DNA of 64,000 bases, taken from the NCBI GenBank assembly GCA_002269645.1, contig NIVC01000769.1:186001-250000 (forward strand). The letters run 5' to 3'. The DNA comes from Macrostomum lignano (Eukaryota). Below, one piece after another: positions 11,933 to 25,859 of this stretch. The notes beneath the pieces are model-generated. The model ran no database searches, was not told where the DNA came from, and saw nothing but the letters and a program-made list of their open reading frames with translations. Numbering within the stretch: position 1 is the stretch's first letter; every line of letters begins with the position of its first letter. The translations under genes and the position numbers were made by a program.

Positions 11933-13439
11933 GTTCGGTAAGGTTGCCCTATTTAACCGGGTGTTCTGTTTGTATATTTCACTTCAGCGTCACAAAAGCC
12001 ACGCTTTTCTCTGCTGCTCTTGCTGTTCTCTCTGCTCATTTGAGTTCTCGTGCTGACTAACCCGCCGTTGCCAATTTGATGCTGTTTTATTTCTCTGACT
12101 GAATATTCCATGTTCTAGCTGGACTCAGATGCGCTGAGTTGCTCGTCATTCCGGCGCGTGTTATCTGCAGATTGTGTTAAATTTACGTCACTTTTTTAAT
12201 TATGAAACGCTGGCGCACACGAAACAAGCTGTTTTTATTGATTATTTATCTTGCGTTTTTTCTATTTTCTCTTGGCTACACAGTGCACATGGATTTCATT
12301 GAAGCCAGGACTGATAGCAATAGTAACATAATGTTAATACAATTATTTCCGTAAAGTTTATATTCCAAAAATTCTAACGTTCTGGTACTACTCGGAATAG
12401 TAGTCATTGAAATTGGTTGGTTTTTATTTACATTTACGTGTTGGAATAAAGTGCCTCTTTCTAAGCGACAGCGACTGATTGCGCTGAACTTAATATCTGT
12501 TCTGGCCTAATGGGCATTGAGCGCATTCTTCTTTGTTTGTATTCTCTGATTTCTGTGTGCTGCAAAACTATGTTCTAATGCAATCTGAATAATTTTGGAT
12601 CAGGTTGTTTTGGCGGTAATTTTGACAGCAGTAAAAATCTCCGTAAAATCTCAGTAAAAAATAAAATTTCTGCTTCAGAAAACATGTTTGATAGAAAGCA
12701 TTCTACATATTTTTATAACTTTTTCGACTAGAAATTGAAAAAAAATTCAATCCAATAAAAAGCCGATTGGAACGAAAGAGCAGGCCGAATGGCTTGTAAA
12801 TAGTATCCAGGTATAGATTGGATGAGTATTTAAGACATAGGTATTTGCGCATGTTAATGTGTACATCGAAAATGCAAGGAAAAATCTCCAAAGCAAAAGA
12901 AGGAAATTAAAAGGACTGCTGTTTCTCCTGCTGCTATTTGGCTTGATTGATTAAACCAGGGGGCAGACTCTGGCCATCGGGTCCCTCCGGCCGAAACTTC
13001 ACCCTCAATCTGGCCTGCTATCTCTTATCTCGCCTATTCTCACATCTCCTCTCCGTTCCTCTCATGAGCTAGGTTCTTCATCTGAGGTGAAGTTTGGCGG
13101 TCCCTAGATTAGAGAACGCAATACATGTACATGCATTTTACACCCTGCGCATCTGGGCTTCCCGGCTGCCTCGGTCCGCCGGCCTCGGTGCCAGTCGGCG
13201 CAGCCTCGCCGACGAACCATGCGTGCGAGCGGCGTGAACGTCGCGCCCATTGGGCCCTTGGGTGGCCAGCCGACCTCCGTGGCCTTTTCATCCGAAGTCG
13301 TCAGCGAAACCGGCTGCAGCAGCTTCTTGAGCTGTGACTGCCGCGTGCTTTCTAGAAAAGCGAGGTTTTAGCAGAAATTGTGCTTCTTTAACCCTACATT
13401 TCATAACACGTAGACTAGGAGGTATTTGGGAAAGGAACC

Positions 13440-13670
13440 AGAATTTGTGGAGGAAATCGACCATCAAGCGGAGAAAGCTCAACTATTACGGACATCAGAC
13501 GAGGAAGGGAGCCATGGCAAATGTCTGAATTCAAGGAGAAATTGAAGGTGAAAGAAGACCGAAAAGGCAGTGGGAACATAACCTGAAACCATAATTGACC
13601 GGATGGACAATGGAGAGGCTAAGAAGAGTAGCGAAGGACAGGCAGTTGTGGAGGAAAGCTGGTGCATGAA
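13440..13670 (+). mobile_element. Decayed non-LTR retrotransposon (RTE-like) 3' end
   Basis: Translation RRKLNYYGHQTR..*IQGEIEGERRPKRQWEHNLK*..AKDRQLWR matches the C-terminal tail of RTE-type reverse transcriptase ORFs and has in-frame stops. Confidence 0.7.
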
Positions 13671-13794
13671 TAGGTTTGCCCATGGCCATGTCGGCTGCGG
13701 TAAATAAGAAAGAAGACATGATTATCCAGTTCTTTTGCGAACCCTAAACTAAATATCCCAATTAAAGCCCTAAATATCAAACTCCCTGAACTCC

Positions 13795-13898
13795 AACAGC
13801 CTTCACTATCTACTCCACCCTACTGTATCTACTCCACCCTACACTATCTACTCCACCCTACACTATCTATTCCACCCTACACTATCTACTCCACCCTA
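13795..13898. repeat. 19-bp minisatellite
   Basis: Unit CTACTCCACCCTACACTAT, about 5 copies. Confidence 0.85.
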
Positions 13899-15265
13899 CC
13901 CCTGAGATGGATAAACAACTGCTTCGTCAAAGCGCGTCCGCCCGGGCCTCAAGTCAAGTCTTGCAGAGCCCGGCGGAGGCCTCGTCCGCTTGATCATCCA
14001 GCTCGTCAAGCCGGCTCTGCGTGCGTCCGTCAGATCTCTGAGTTTGCCAAGTTGGCCAGCCTATAGCCGGACAGCTGGACGGATAAGTCTGGCCAAAGAT
14101 CTGCGGATCAATTCGAGATTGACGCTACTGTTAGTATGTGATTCAAATTTCAACTACTTGTATGGACTTTGACTTGGCCATGCCGTCAGGTTTTGCTCCG
14201 CGTTAAGCCCAACCAGCTCAGCGAGGCGATTACGGCACGGGTGAACGCTGGATCTGGAGCAGGGTACTGGCGGGGAAATGAGATGGCGGCTGATGTTACG
14301 ACAGACAGAGCTAGACAGATACAAAAATTATAAAGTACTGTAAATGTACTGTACATTTATCATGTGAGCCAGTGTTACCTCTTTCCGACAAAAGTGTGAT
14401 TATGCTACTATCTCGCTTTGAATTTTTTCCGTGTTTAGGGAAATTGTGCTCACCGAATCCAAATAGGTAAGAACGAGCACCTGCAACTGCTCATCAGATA
14501 GTTATAGTATTTACATAATCTCTTTGTAGTAAACATTTGCTTTGAATACGAGCTCTATGCATCAAAAGAACCGCAAAGCAAATTCAACATCGACTTCAGT
14601 TGAGAATATTGCTTTCGAGATTGCATGAGTGCGAAAAAATAAATGGTTTAAAAACAGCTCAGCAGAAGTGCGCTAATTCTACTAATTTGCTTCTTCTCTC
14701 CTCACTATAGCAAACATGGGATCAGAGCTCGTCATGATCATCTATTTTTAAAGAAATTCAAACAGCTTAGAAGTTAAATAATCGAGCGAATGAAAATCTA
14801 AAATTAAAACAGCATGGCTGCGACTGAGTATACGGAACTGCGTCACGGAAATGCGTCATGCAGCTCCAACAGCGGCGCGGCTGGGGTGAGGCTTTTGAGC
14901 AAGCAAGAATCAAAGAATTCATTTAATTGAGCTGCTTTGACACTAGCAGAAGAAATAGCTGCTCCAAGAGAGAGAGAGAGAGAGAGAGCTAGATGGAAAG
15001 GTCAAGAATATGGGCAAAGGAACAGAACAGTTCGGGAGTTTTTCGTGTAAGCAAAAACATCATGAAGTAGAGAGGGTTGTCTCGGGGTTGTCTCTAGGTT
15101 GAAGTTGGTAGGTCTTAAGTCTAGAGCCTCTTCTTCTCGGAAGCCTTCTTATTAGCTCTTATTAGCGTCGGTAGTGCTGCCACCAGTCCGTCGGGTCTCC
15201 ACCTTCGGTGAGGTGAGTCTGGGACGAAATTTACACTCGTAAGAGTGTAACTAAGACGAACGAAC

Positions 15266-15451
15266 TCAGCACAACGTGCAGATTTGCAGCTTAACGTACA
15301 AGGCGTCTCGTCTGCAGGTCTTTCCGGGCTTGGTGGGTGGAATGGAGGGCTGTGTTAGCCTCTCGCAGGCTTGGGGTGTCTTCAGATGGGTCTCAGTCAG
15401 ACCAATAGCAATGAGTTGAACGTACGCAGACACAAAGCACTTAGAGAACAC
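15266..15451 (-). mobile_element. Possible decayed LINE APE-endonuclease fragment
   Basis: IAIGLTETHLK...RRDALYVK resembles the APE motifs (I.G.TETHL, RGGVALYV). The surrounding frame is broken. Confidence 0.4.
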
Positions 15452-16539
15452 TGCAAACGGAAATTAGAAGCCTCCTTGACTGAACCAAGGATTAGGGGGG
15501 GGGTCTAGTTGTCTAGTTTCATATCGCGGGATTCTCCACTGCCTCGTGACTTTGTTCTATTTTTTAGAACTGACGTCACTGGGGGTCTCCGGGCAGAGTG
15601 CAATAGGCTGTGACTCAGTGTCTATTTTTAGAAACATGAGTCACTTCTCTCCTTAGAGAAGGGAAGGGCCTTAGGCACGTGATTCTCCCGTAAACACAGA
15701 CCAGCGAGTGCAGTAAACATGTTTACTGCAGTTTTAGGACTTCAAGAAAACAAGGCCTGTCATGTGACTTGCTCAAGCAGGGGAAACAGGGGAAACAGGC
15801 CATCAGCGTGACCTCAAGACTGGAGCGAAACAAGGACAGTCCACAGCAGAGAAGCATATGGCTGAGAACAGGAGGGCAGGAAACCGGGCAGAGAACAGAC
15901 AGAAAACGGGAAAGGCGGACAGCAAACAGGCAGACAAAGGGAAGGCGGGAAGCTGAACAGCGGTAGACAGCACCAGGGCGAGGGCGAGGGCGAGGGAAAC
16001 TGCTGACCAAGTGCGACGCCTAACACCAAACTAGTGGCTCACTACAATCACAAAGCTGGCTTGAAGAGCAAACTATTGATTGATTTGTATCAGTTGATTG
16101 AACAAAGAGCATCTAGAGGTGAGGCAAGTGTAGCTCGGCCCGCAAGCTGACACAAAAGCATCCGTTCGGAAAAAGCGGCTTAGAAAATACACTGTACGCT
16201 CATGCGTATAAGCTAAAAATGGTCTGTAAAAGTTTTAGCTCGTAAAGCTGAGATATTAGGCCGTATGCATAAAACGAGCAAATACTCAAGAGCTTCAGCT
16301 TAAACTCCGAGTTATGAGCAAATGCTTGAACACGAGCCGAGACTCTAAGGTTTGTATGAATAAAGAATATACCCAAACTCAGCGGCTAGTGTTGGTGAGT
16401 ATGAGCTCGCGTAGTTTATGACATAGAAATATTTGTTTGCCAATGCGAAGCCGAGGTCAATAAGTAAGGAATGAATGCATTTTTTTCTTCTCTCGGCAAG
16501 GATCAGTGTTTTCATTTCTGCTGACTAACATTTCTGATG

Positions 16540-17560
16540 GCTACACAGGACGAAGGCGATGAAGAAGTTTCGTGACAATTGTGTTTCCCGTTTCCATTGC
16601 CTACTGGACAAGGGCAAGGCGCCGAACGCTGTCAAAAAAAGAATAACTGCTCTCTGCAAGATGCAAGAAGAAATGGGGCTGCATGGCATTAAACTTAATG
16701 GAAAGCAGATAATGAAGAACATTAAGTCTAGGCTGAAAGGGAAGACGGATCTGAAAAAAAACAGGAAACAAGATCGTACTAAAAATGGGATGCTGCGATT
16801 TCTTCAGAGCGAAGACAATCCTACATTTAACAGGATTCCTGGTGTGTGAGATCAAGCCATCGACTGAGGCCGATCATCTGGACTCGGACTCTCCACCGTG
16901 CGGTTCCGGAAACGCCAATTCTTCACGTTCAAGCGGAAGTCAATGCTCGCAGCTCACACCATCGACTGTAAAGAAGCTGCAAGCGAAACGCCGAATGGAT
17001 GAGACAAAGGAGACCGCGGATCTAAGCAACGCCGAACTACAGCGTCTCTTGCTTCTAGAGAAATTTACTTGAAGTAAATTCTTCAGGAGCAAACACCGAC
17101 TCCTGATGGAAGGCCTGATCGGATTACAGGGGGATCAGAGAGCCTGCAGTAACTCAAGTCTCTGTTAAAGGTTTCTTAACAATTTTGCTTTTGTTTTGCA
17201 TTAAACTTCAAGTTTTAATGAACATTAACTAACCGAAACAGTTGTCATTACATTTCTTTGCATTCATTTGCCAGCATCGCGGAAGTAACATTTTGCATAG
17301 TACATACACGGGTTAGTGCAGACGGTTATTCACTACGGCCTCATGTGACTGTCACGTTGGGAAATCACTTATATCTTTTTTGGGGAACTACAGGCTTCTA
17401 CTAATGAGCTCAAAGTCTCTTGAGTTTGCGCAGAAAATGGTGCGTACAATTTGCGGAAATGAACTGCGCGCGGGCGCTCAATTCGACGAAGAGGATTCGC
17501 GCTCCGCTGCATTCTCCAAATCGAGGTATAGCGCGCCTTGCTGAACAGAATCCTTTGAGG
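16540..17560. mobile_element. Decayed PIF/Harbinger transposon: Myb/SANT-like ORF (+) and transposase C-terminal remnant (-), convergent
   Basis: Plus strand, joining frames: QIMKNIKSRLKGKTDLKK/TGNKIVLK/..FLQSEDNPTFNRIPG..LSNAELQRLLLLE, typical of Harbinger Myb/SANT partner proteins. Minus strand around 17310-17560, across frameshifts: YTSIWRMQRSANP..QIV-RTI..KLKR..LH-N, resembling the DDE_Tnp_4 C-terminus. No TIRs were found. Confidence 0.6.
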
Positions 17561-17767
17561 AGAAATGCCAGTTCAAATTGAGCTGGACAGAATAGCCCCG
17601 GTGAATGCTAAATAGGCGTGCCAGGTGTCTCAGAGCGTGTCAGTGCGTCGCGCATTTTTTATGCACTCGCTCAGGCGCTTTACTGCGATTGAAAATGCGG
17701 AAATTACGGCCTGTACAGTAATTACATGTAGATCGCGCAGCCAAGACTCTGACCAGCAGCAGCACGC

Positions 17768-18428
<661 letters not shown>

Positions 18429-18966
18429 CTGCACAAAAGCAAAAAAAGAGTTTCGGACGCGTCACTGCAGCAGCAGCTCTACTGAACAAAATATCCACGT
18501 TAGTTCCGATTGAAATGTGTGGCGGAAAGTCTGCTATATTATTATATAAGCTCGGACTGGTTCGCTCGCACACAGCTGAAACTGCCGGCTCCCGTCACAG
18601 CTTTGCATGCCTGGCAGGTTTGAACTGCGCGATACAGACAAAATTTAAAGGAAAAAACTTTATTAAGAGGAAAAACCATTAATCTGCTCGGAACAGCGCG
18701 GACAGAAGCTTGGCAACAAAGATTAAAATTTAGCAGAACAACTAGAGAATACGATTCACAGCGCACAATCCCAACAAACAGTCAAAAATGACAACGTTTT
18801 CAAGTTTTTGCCGACAGAAATGGGATTCCGGATATACCCGGCTTGCCACCCGCGGCCGCTACCAGCCTATCTGTTTGCTTGTCCCGGAAATCGGGTGGCA
18901 CAGTGCAATTGTCCAAAACCCCTGCCTGTTGAGGGAGCTGAGAAAACTGAGGGATTCTGTTCTGCA

Positions 18967-21900
18967 TCAGGATTCGCCCGCCTCCTCCGAGCCAGAAGCT
19001 GCTGATGGAGAGAGCGATTGCTGCTGCTGCGATTGCTGCTGCTGCGATTGCTGTTGCTGCGATTGCTGCTGCTGCGGGTGCTGAGGCTGCTCGTGCTCAC
19101 ATAATGGTGTGGGTGGCGGCGGCGGGGGTGTGGGCGACTCCGCACCCCCTGAATGACGCATCGGCCACTGCGCCAGATGGTGCGACACCGAGTAGCTGCC
19201 TCCGCCAGATGCTCCAGCAGCTACGGGGACGGCGGCAGCAGCGGCGACTGTGGAAGCAGCGACTGTGGCGGTAGCGGCAGCCGTGGCGGCTGCAGCTGTT
19301 GCCCCCGCGGCAGCGGCAGTTGACATGGCGTAGCAACTGCTATGCAAGCGGTGGTACTCCATCAGCTGATCCCTGAGAAGCTGGTTCTCCACCTGGTCAG
19401 TTGGATGATTTGGTTGGTGTATTAAAAGCTTTGCTAAGCGGGCTTAGACACCTAGAGATCGTCCATTGAATCGGTCTCTGCAAAGCCACTTACTGAATGT
19501 AAACTAATACCAGAAGAGGGCTGCCAGGGGATAGGGGTGTTGGGGGACAGGGGTGCCAGAACAGTGCTGAGGGGACAGGGGTGCCAGGGGACAGTGCTGA
19601 GGGGACAGGGGTGCTGGGGGACAGGGGTGCCAGAACAGTGCTGAGGGGACAGGGGTGCCAGGGGACAGTGCTGAGGGGACAGGGGTGCTGGGGACAAGAA
19701 TGCTGGCGATAGTGGTGTTGGGGGACAGGGGTGCTAGGGGATAAGGGTATTGAGGATAGGGGTACTGGGGGATAAGGGTATTGAGGATAGGGGTGCTGGG
19801 GGATAAGGGTATTAAGGACAGGGGTGCTGGGGGATAAGGGTATTGAGGATAGGGGTACTGGGGGATAAGGGTATTGAGGATAGGGGTACTGGGGGATAAG
19901 GGTATTGAGGATAGGGGTACTGGGGGATAAGGGTATTGAGGATAGGGGTGCTGGGGGATAAGGGTATTAAGGACAGGGGTGCTGGGGACAGGAGTGCTGG
20001 GGACAGGAGTGCTGGGGACAGGAGTGCTGGGGACAGGAGTGCTGGGGACAGGAGTGCTGAGGACAGGAGTGCTGGACAGGAGTGCTGGGGATAGGGGTGT
20101 TGAGGACAGGGGTGTTAAGGGACAGGAGTGCTGGGGGACAGGGGTGCTCGGGGACGGGGGGTCAGGAGTTGCCTATGGACTGATGCAATGGCTGGGGTAC
20201 CTTGGCCTCAAGAATGAGCGCACAATTTGAATCAGCTTGAATCTGAGTTCGCAAAATTTCTGCACTGTCTGTCAAGGTCACAGAATCTCCGACGCTAACA
20301 AATAGTTTCGGCCTTCATTGGACTGCCCACCAACAGTCATTAATTTCTGATCGCCGAATTTCTAAGGATTAGGAAAATTCTAGAAAACAGTCATCCCATC
20401 AAAAGACCCAGCTGGAGCAGCTGCAAAAGTAAGATTTCTGTTCAAGAAAGATTCGCTTAATGCTTGCCAAAAAGACGCAAAAGGCATCTCTTGCAGAGTG
20501 AAAAAATATTTCTTTTCTCTCACCTCTGCTCTGTCGGCGTCAAAGACAATCCGCCCTCGACCGCTGAGGCTGTTGCTGTCCATGTAGCCCTGCCACTGCA
20601 CGCAGACTCCGTTTAGGATGAAGCGCGACTTCAGGCGTATCTGTGGATAAATTGGAAAGATTTTAAGCGAATCTATGATCAAGCGAAGCTAGCACTGAAT
20701 TCTAATCTCGACCGAATTTGTCTATGGTGATAAAAAAGCAAACTGTTGCAGAATCTGTTTAAACAGCACAACTGTATTTTGAGCCTAGCCGCTCACCTCC
20801 AAGTGAGTAATACTTTCTGCTAACTTTTCCTCTGTTAAAAGAAGCCTCCAGCAAAATCCACACGATGCAACATCCTTTGCTCCACATACATGCACAGACT
20901 ATTCATCTGTTTGTTAACAGATTTAAAAAACAGCTAGAAAATAGCAGAAAATGAGTTTCTCAATTAGCCATCGCAGGTTGCAATGACAAGGTAACTGGGC
21001 TAATTGGCCAGTCCAATTGGGCCTTTTAACTGCAACAAAATAAATTCTGGCTTTGGCACAAAGGAATCGGTGGAAATTCGTTTTCTTCTTCCCTAGGCCG
21101 GTAAAAGCCCCGCTTGAAATTATTTCCTATTCGGCAGCTGCGCTAACAGCTGCTGCTAGTCTAGCAGCAGTTACTGACTGTTTGTTCTCAGACTCTTGAG
21201 CTAAATTTAGGATTCGTGGATAGGTTTTGATAATTTTCCCGTTCTCAAACGCTACAGATGCATCAGGCTGAAAATGCTAACCCAGTAAAAATATCGGCAC
21301 ACCAACGTCCAATTCGCACCCCAATGTCCAATTCGGCACCCCAATGTCCAATTCGACATCACAATGTCCAAATCGAAACCCCAATGTCCAATTCAGCACC
21401 CAAATGTCCAATTCGGCACCCCAATGTCCAATACGGCACCCAAATGTCCAATTCGAAACCCCAATGTCCGATTCAGCACCCCAATGTCCAATTAAGCATC
21501 ACAATGTCCGATTCAGTACCTACACCCCAATCCCAATGTCCAATTCGACACCCCAGTGTCCAGCGAATTCCAGCAACAGTGATTCTTTAATCTTTTGGAC
21601 CCAGCCGGAAAGCTAGGCATCCAGACCAAAGCCTTAAGCGGTAAGGTCTGCTGGCCCGCGCCGAAATCCAGATTTCACATTCCTTAATGAAGACAGAGTT
21701 TCCAAATTTATGAGACCAGCCAATGCGTAATTTCATGAATTTGTGTCCGAATAGCTAAAAATCGGATAACACTTCCTGGATGGCAGTTAGCCGTGTTTAC
21801 ATCGGATTAATTAGACCCAATACAACCGTCTATAAACAATTACTATTTTAAACCGGCTCTTTAAAGTCCCTGTGCTATCGTATTTATGCATTCTATTTCT

Positions 21901-24900
21901 ATTAATAGATTTCTGGCTTAAATTATGGAACTTTTGGCTTGTTTAAAGTCAAGATAAATTCCTGATTTTATTACTCTCCAGGTCAGCCTCGTATTTGTAT
22001 TGTGTAGGATAGAGACTGCGACAAATCATGGGCTGGTTGGATTATGAGTGCAGCCCATGCGAGGTCAGGTGCTTGCTTGGGTCAGTTATTGTTATCCTCC
22101 CGTGTTTTCTTTGATGTTGCCGATAGGAACACTGGCAGATGAGTTAAATATAGGCAAGGCCTTACAAGCGGCTTTTCAGTTGGGTTGGGGAATAGTAGTA
22201 TAGCAGTTCAATGCAATAAACTTCACATTGTAATAATTGTATTACACAATGATCCACATTAGTCGGAAATTCCTAGCGCAGTCAGAAGTCTTGAGAAGAA
22301 TTTATACAGAGAATGATATAAAGAAATGTTGCCGAAAAAATCGTACCTAAAGTGTACTGACGGTCTCGCACAATAAATATGACTAAACAATAATTCGAAG
22401 GCCGAGGACACAGGGCTTTTCCGGGGGACCGAAAACTGAACCCTTGTCTTCTAAACTTATACACCCACGCCTGGGCTGAGTGCAAACATGCCGCCAGGGG
22501 CACCCCAACCCCGTTAGACTGGCGTGCGTATGACTTGGCCTTTCCATATATAATCAGTTCGTACCCTGCGTGACCCTCCCTCCCCACTCCGCGCGCTTTG
22601 GTCTTCGCTTCAGCCACCCACCCCATTCCACTACAAGCTAGAGTTTATCTACGGATTCTACGCTATTGTAAAATAAGCTCATCAGACGCGACCAAAGATC
22701 GGCAAAGGTCCCAGTCTGGGGTTCCCCATCCAACCAACCACTGGATTCACATTTAGTGTGTCTATGTATGTACAATTGTACAGTGAAATAATACCAGACT
22801 GTACAGGCAGACCTCCGCTGTCTCTTAGTTTTTTTAGGTAACTGAGCAAATTGATCTTGATCGATATATTGTAATTTATTGAAACTGGGCATTTACTGAC
22901 GATAAGTTGATTGTTTTAAAGTCCCATTTTACTTTTTGTTATATCGTCCTACTAAAATGATAGTATTAAGATACTATAAGTATAAGTATGTAAAGGATGT
23001 ATACATTCTTTAAAATAAAGCTATGCTATGCTATCATAACTCCTTCCTTACACATTTGTTAGGGAACTTCCTTAATTTCAAAACTTCCTTTTGCAAAAAT
23101 TAATATCCGGTATCCTTCCAGAGTTCCAGGCCCACAGGCGGCTGACTTGGCTGGATCCATTCTCCGATTCACCGCTTCAAAATGGATCCCGCCATCCGTC
23201 ATCCCTGATAAGCCTTCAATTTCCTGACCAAAAGTTTCACCGGTAAATAGTCGAGCTTAGGGAGTACACAGAGCACGATACATGCAGTGCAATTAGCACT
23301 TCCTAAACTCTTTCCCCTGGCTGAACCTCTGCTAAGTCCTACAAGTGATTAACAACTCGTACATTTTGTTAGTGGATTTTTTATTTAAGGAGATGATGCG
23401 TCAGTGGCGATCAGGACACGGATTTAGGCATCTCTGACACCACATTGGCACTCCGTTGAGGTGAGCGCTGAATATCCGTGGTTTGGGCTTTTGGGATAGA
23501 GTGGACCCTATTGGCCTTGATTGACCTTTCCAGGCGCCCCAGAGCAATAAAGATCCTATTTATCCGCTAAAGCCTAAAGCCTTCATTTGTAGTACTCTAA
23601 CGAAGTTGTTCAGAAGCCAAAACTGAAGTGGAACGAGAAAACAACGGTAAAAATATTAGACTAACATTGGCTTGCCTGACAACACCTACCCTCCGATCAC
23701 AGACGAAACATCTGCGACCGCCTCTCGCCCCCCCCCCCTCCCTTACCTCTCTGAGCCCGCCCTGACCCTTCCTATTTCCCCATTGATTATTCTTTCATCC
23801 CGAATTCTTAATGAGCTTTTCTGTTTCTAGGGTCTTACAGGGGTTATTTAGGTTTAGCACCGGCCTGGGCGCAGCTGCGTGGGCGGGGGGACTCGGGATC
23901 GACCAGCTGAGAGACAAAGCGTCAAGAATAGGGCCAGAACTGACAGGTGTGAAAGAGAGAGTTGCGGGAACAGATTTGCTTCTTCGTCTCTGTGGCCTGT
24001 GTCAGTGATCTATTGGAAGTGACTCACTCAGCTGACAACTTCTGGGGGCTTGAAAGTGCACAATAGCGAAATCGGACTGGACCTCTTTATGCCCTGTTTG
24101 GTGGTAAACAAGTCTGGCGGATATTGCATTCACGAAAACAGTCAAGCTGGAGAGTGCGGCTCGTTTGGAAATTCTTGAATTTTTTTAATTTTTCTACTCT
24201 CCTATCCCGGTCTAACTCTCTCCATCTGATCTGACTCCCCCCGTCTGGCTCCCCCGTCTGACTCCCCCCGTCTGACTCCCCCCGTCTGGCTCCCCCGTCT
24301 GACTCCCCCCGTCTGACTCCCTGTCTGACTCCCCCGTCTGGCTCCCCCGTCTGGCTCCCCCCGTCTGACTCCCTGTCTGACTCCCCCCGTCTGACTCCCC
24401 GTCTGACTCCCCCCGTCTGACTCCCCCGTCTGACTCCCCCCGTCTGGCTCCCCCCGTCTGACTCCCTGTCTGACTCCCCCGTCTGACTCCCCCGTCTGAC
24501 TCCCCGTCTGACTCCCCCGTCTGACTCCCCCGTCTGACTCCCCCGTCTGAATCCCCCGTCTGACTCCCCCGTCTGACTCCCCCGTCTGACTCCCCCGTCT
24601 GACTCCCCCGTCTGACTCCCCCCGTCTGACTCCCCCCGTCTGACTCCCCCCGTCTGACTCCCTGTCTGACTCCCCCCGTCTGGCTCCCCCGTCTGACTCC
24701 CCCGTCTGGCTCCCCCCGTCTGACTCCCCCGTCTGACTCCCCCGTCTGACTCCCCCCGTCTGACTCCCCCCGTCTGACTCCCCCGTCTGACTCCCTGTCT
24801 GACTCCCCCCGTCTGGCTCCCCCCGTCTGACTCCCTGTCTGGCTCCCCCGTCTGACTCCCCCGTCTGACTCCCCCCGTCTGACTCCCCCGTCTGACTCCC

Positions 24901-25803
24901 CCGTCTGACTCCCCCGTCTGACTCCCCCCGTCTGACTCCCCCGTCTGGCCCCCCTAATCTGACTTTCACAGTCTGACTCCCCCGGTCTGACTCCCCCCGT
25001 CTGACTCCCCCGCTCCCCTCGTCTGATTCTTCCTGATCTGACACCCCTGATCTGACACCCCTGATCTGACACCCCTGATCTGACTTTCCCCAATTTGACT
25101 CTTCGCGGTCTGACTCCCCGATCAACGGACAGGACGAGAAAACGCCACAAACCCAACAGAAGTCTCGCTAGCTCACAACTGAAACAATGGATTCCCCTCA
25201 TTAAGCCCCAAGCCAATCCCGGCCGCCGCACAAATCAATTAGCTGCACTTTAAAAGTACTCGCATTCGAACTCACCCGTCCGCTATTGTCGAGGCGCACC
25301 TCCTCGGACGTGACCTGGCGCTGCCCGTTCGGCTTGGGCGTCCACGGCGTGGAGTCGAACACGAGCCGCAGAGTCAGCCCCATGTTGCACACGGCCTGCG
25401 GGCATGCGTGACGTCGCACGAGATTCCTATGAGAGATCCTATATATTAAAAATTCATCTAATACAACTTAGAAGCCGTTGGACATCAAAGGCGTTGTAAA
25501 ACGATCTCGGATCAAAGCTTTTTTTAGATTCAGCAAATGATTGGAAAACAAGGTAGTTGCAGTTGTCCCCAGAGTTAAGGGGGTCTCAATGCACAGTATG
25601 TACTTATAGGCGTGCAGGAATGGAACCCGCGCCCCCTCCCCGCGGGCTAAATTAGGCTTTGGGATATTTTTAGACTAGGGGGATAAAACCTACCCCCTTC
25701 CCCCCTGCCTGCAGATACTCCCACTCTTCCAGCGACCTAATCCTGCGCAGTCTGCACTTCTGCCACTCCGTAAGGCGTCGGGATTCCTCGACGAGGCCTT
25801 GGC

Positions 25804-25859
<56 letters not shown>

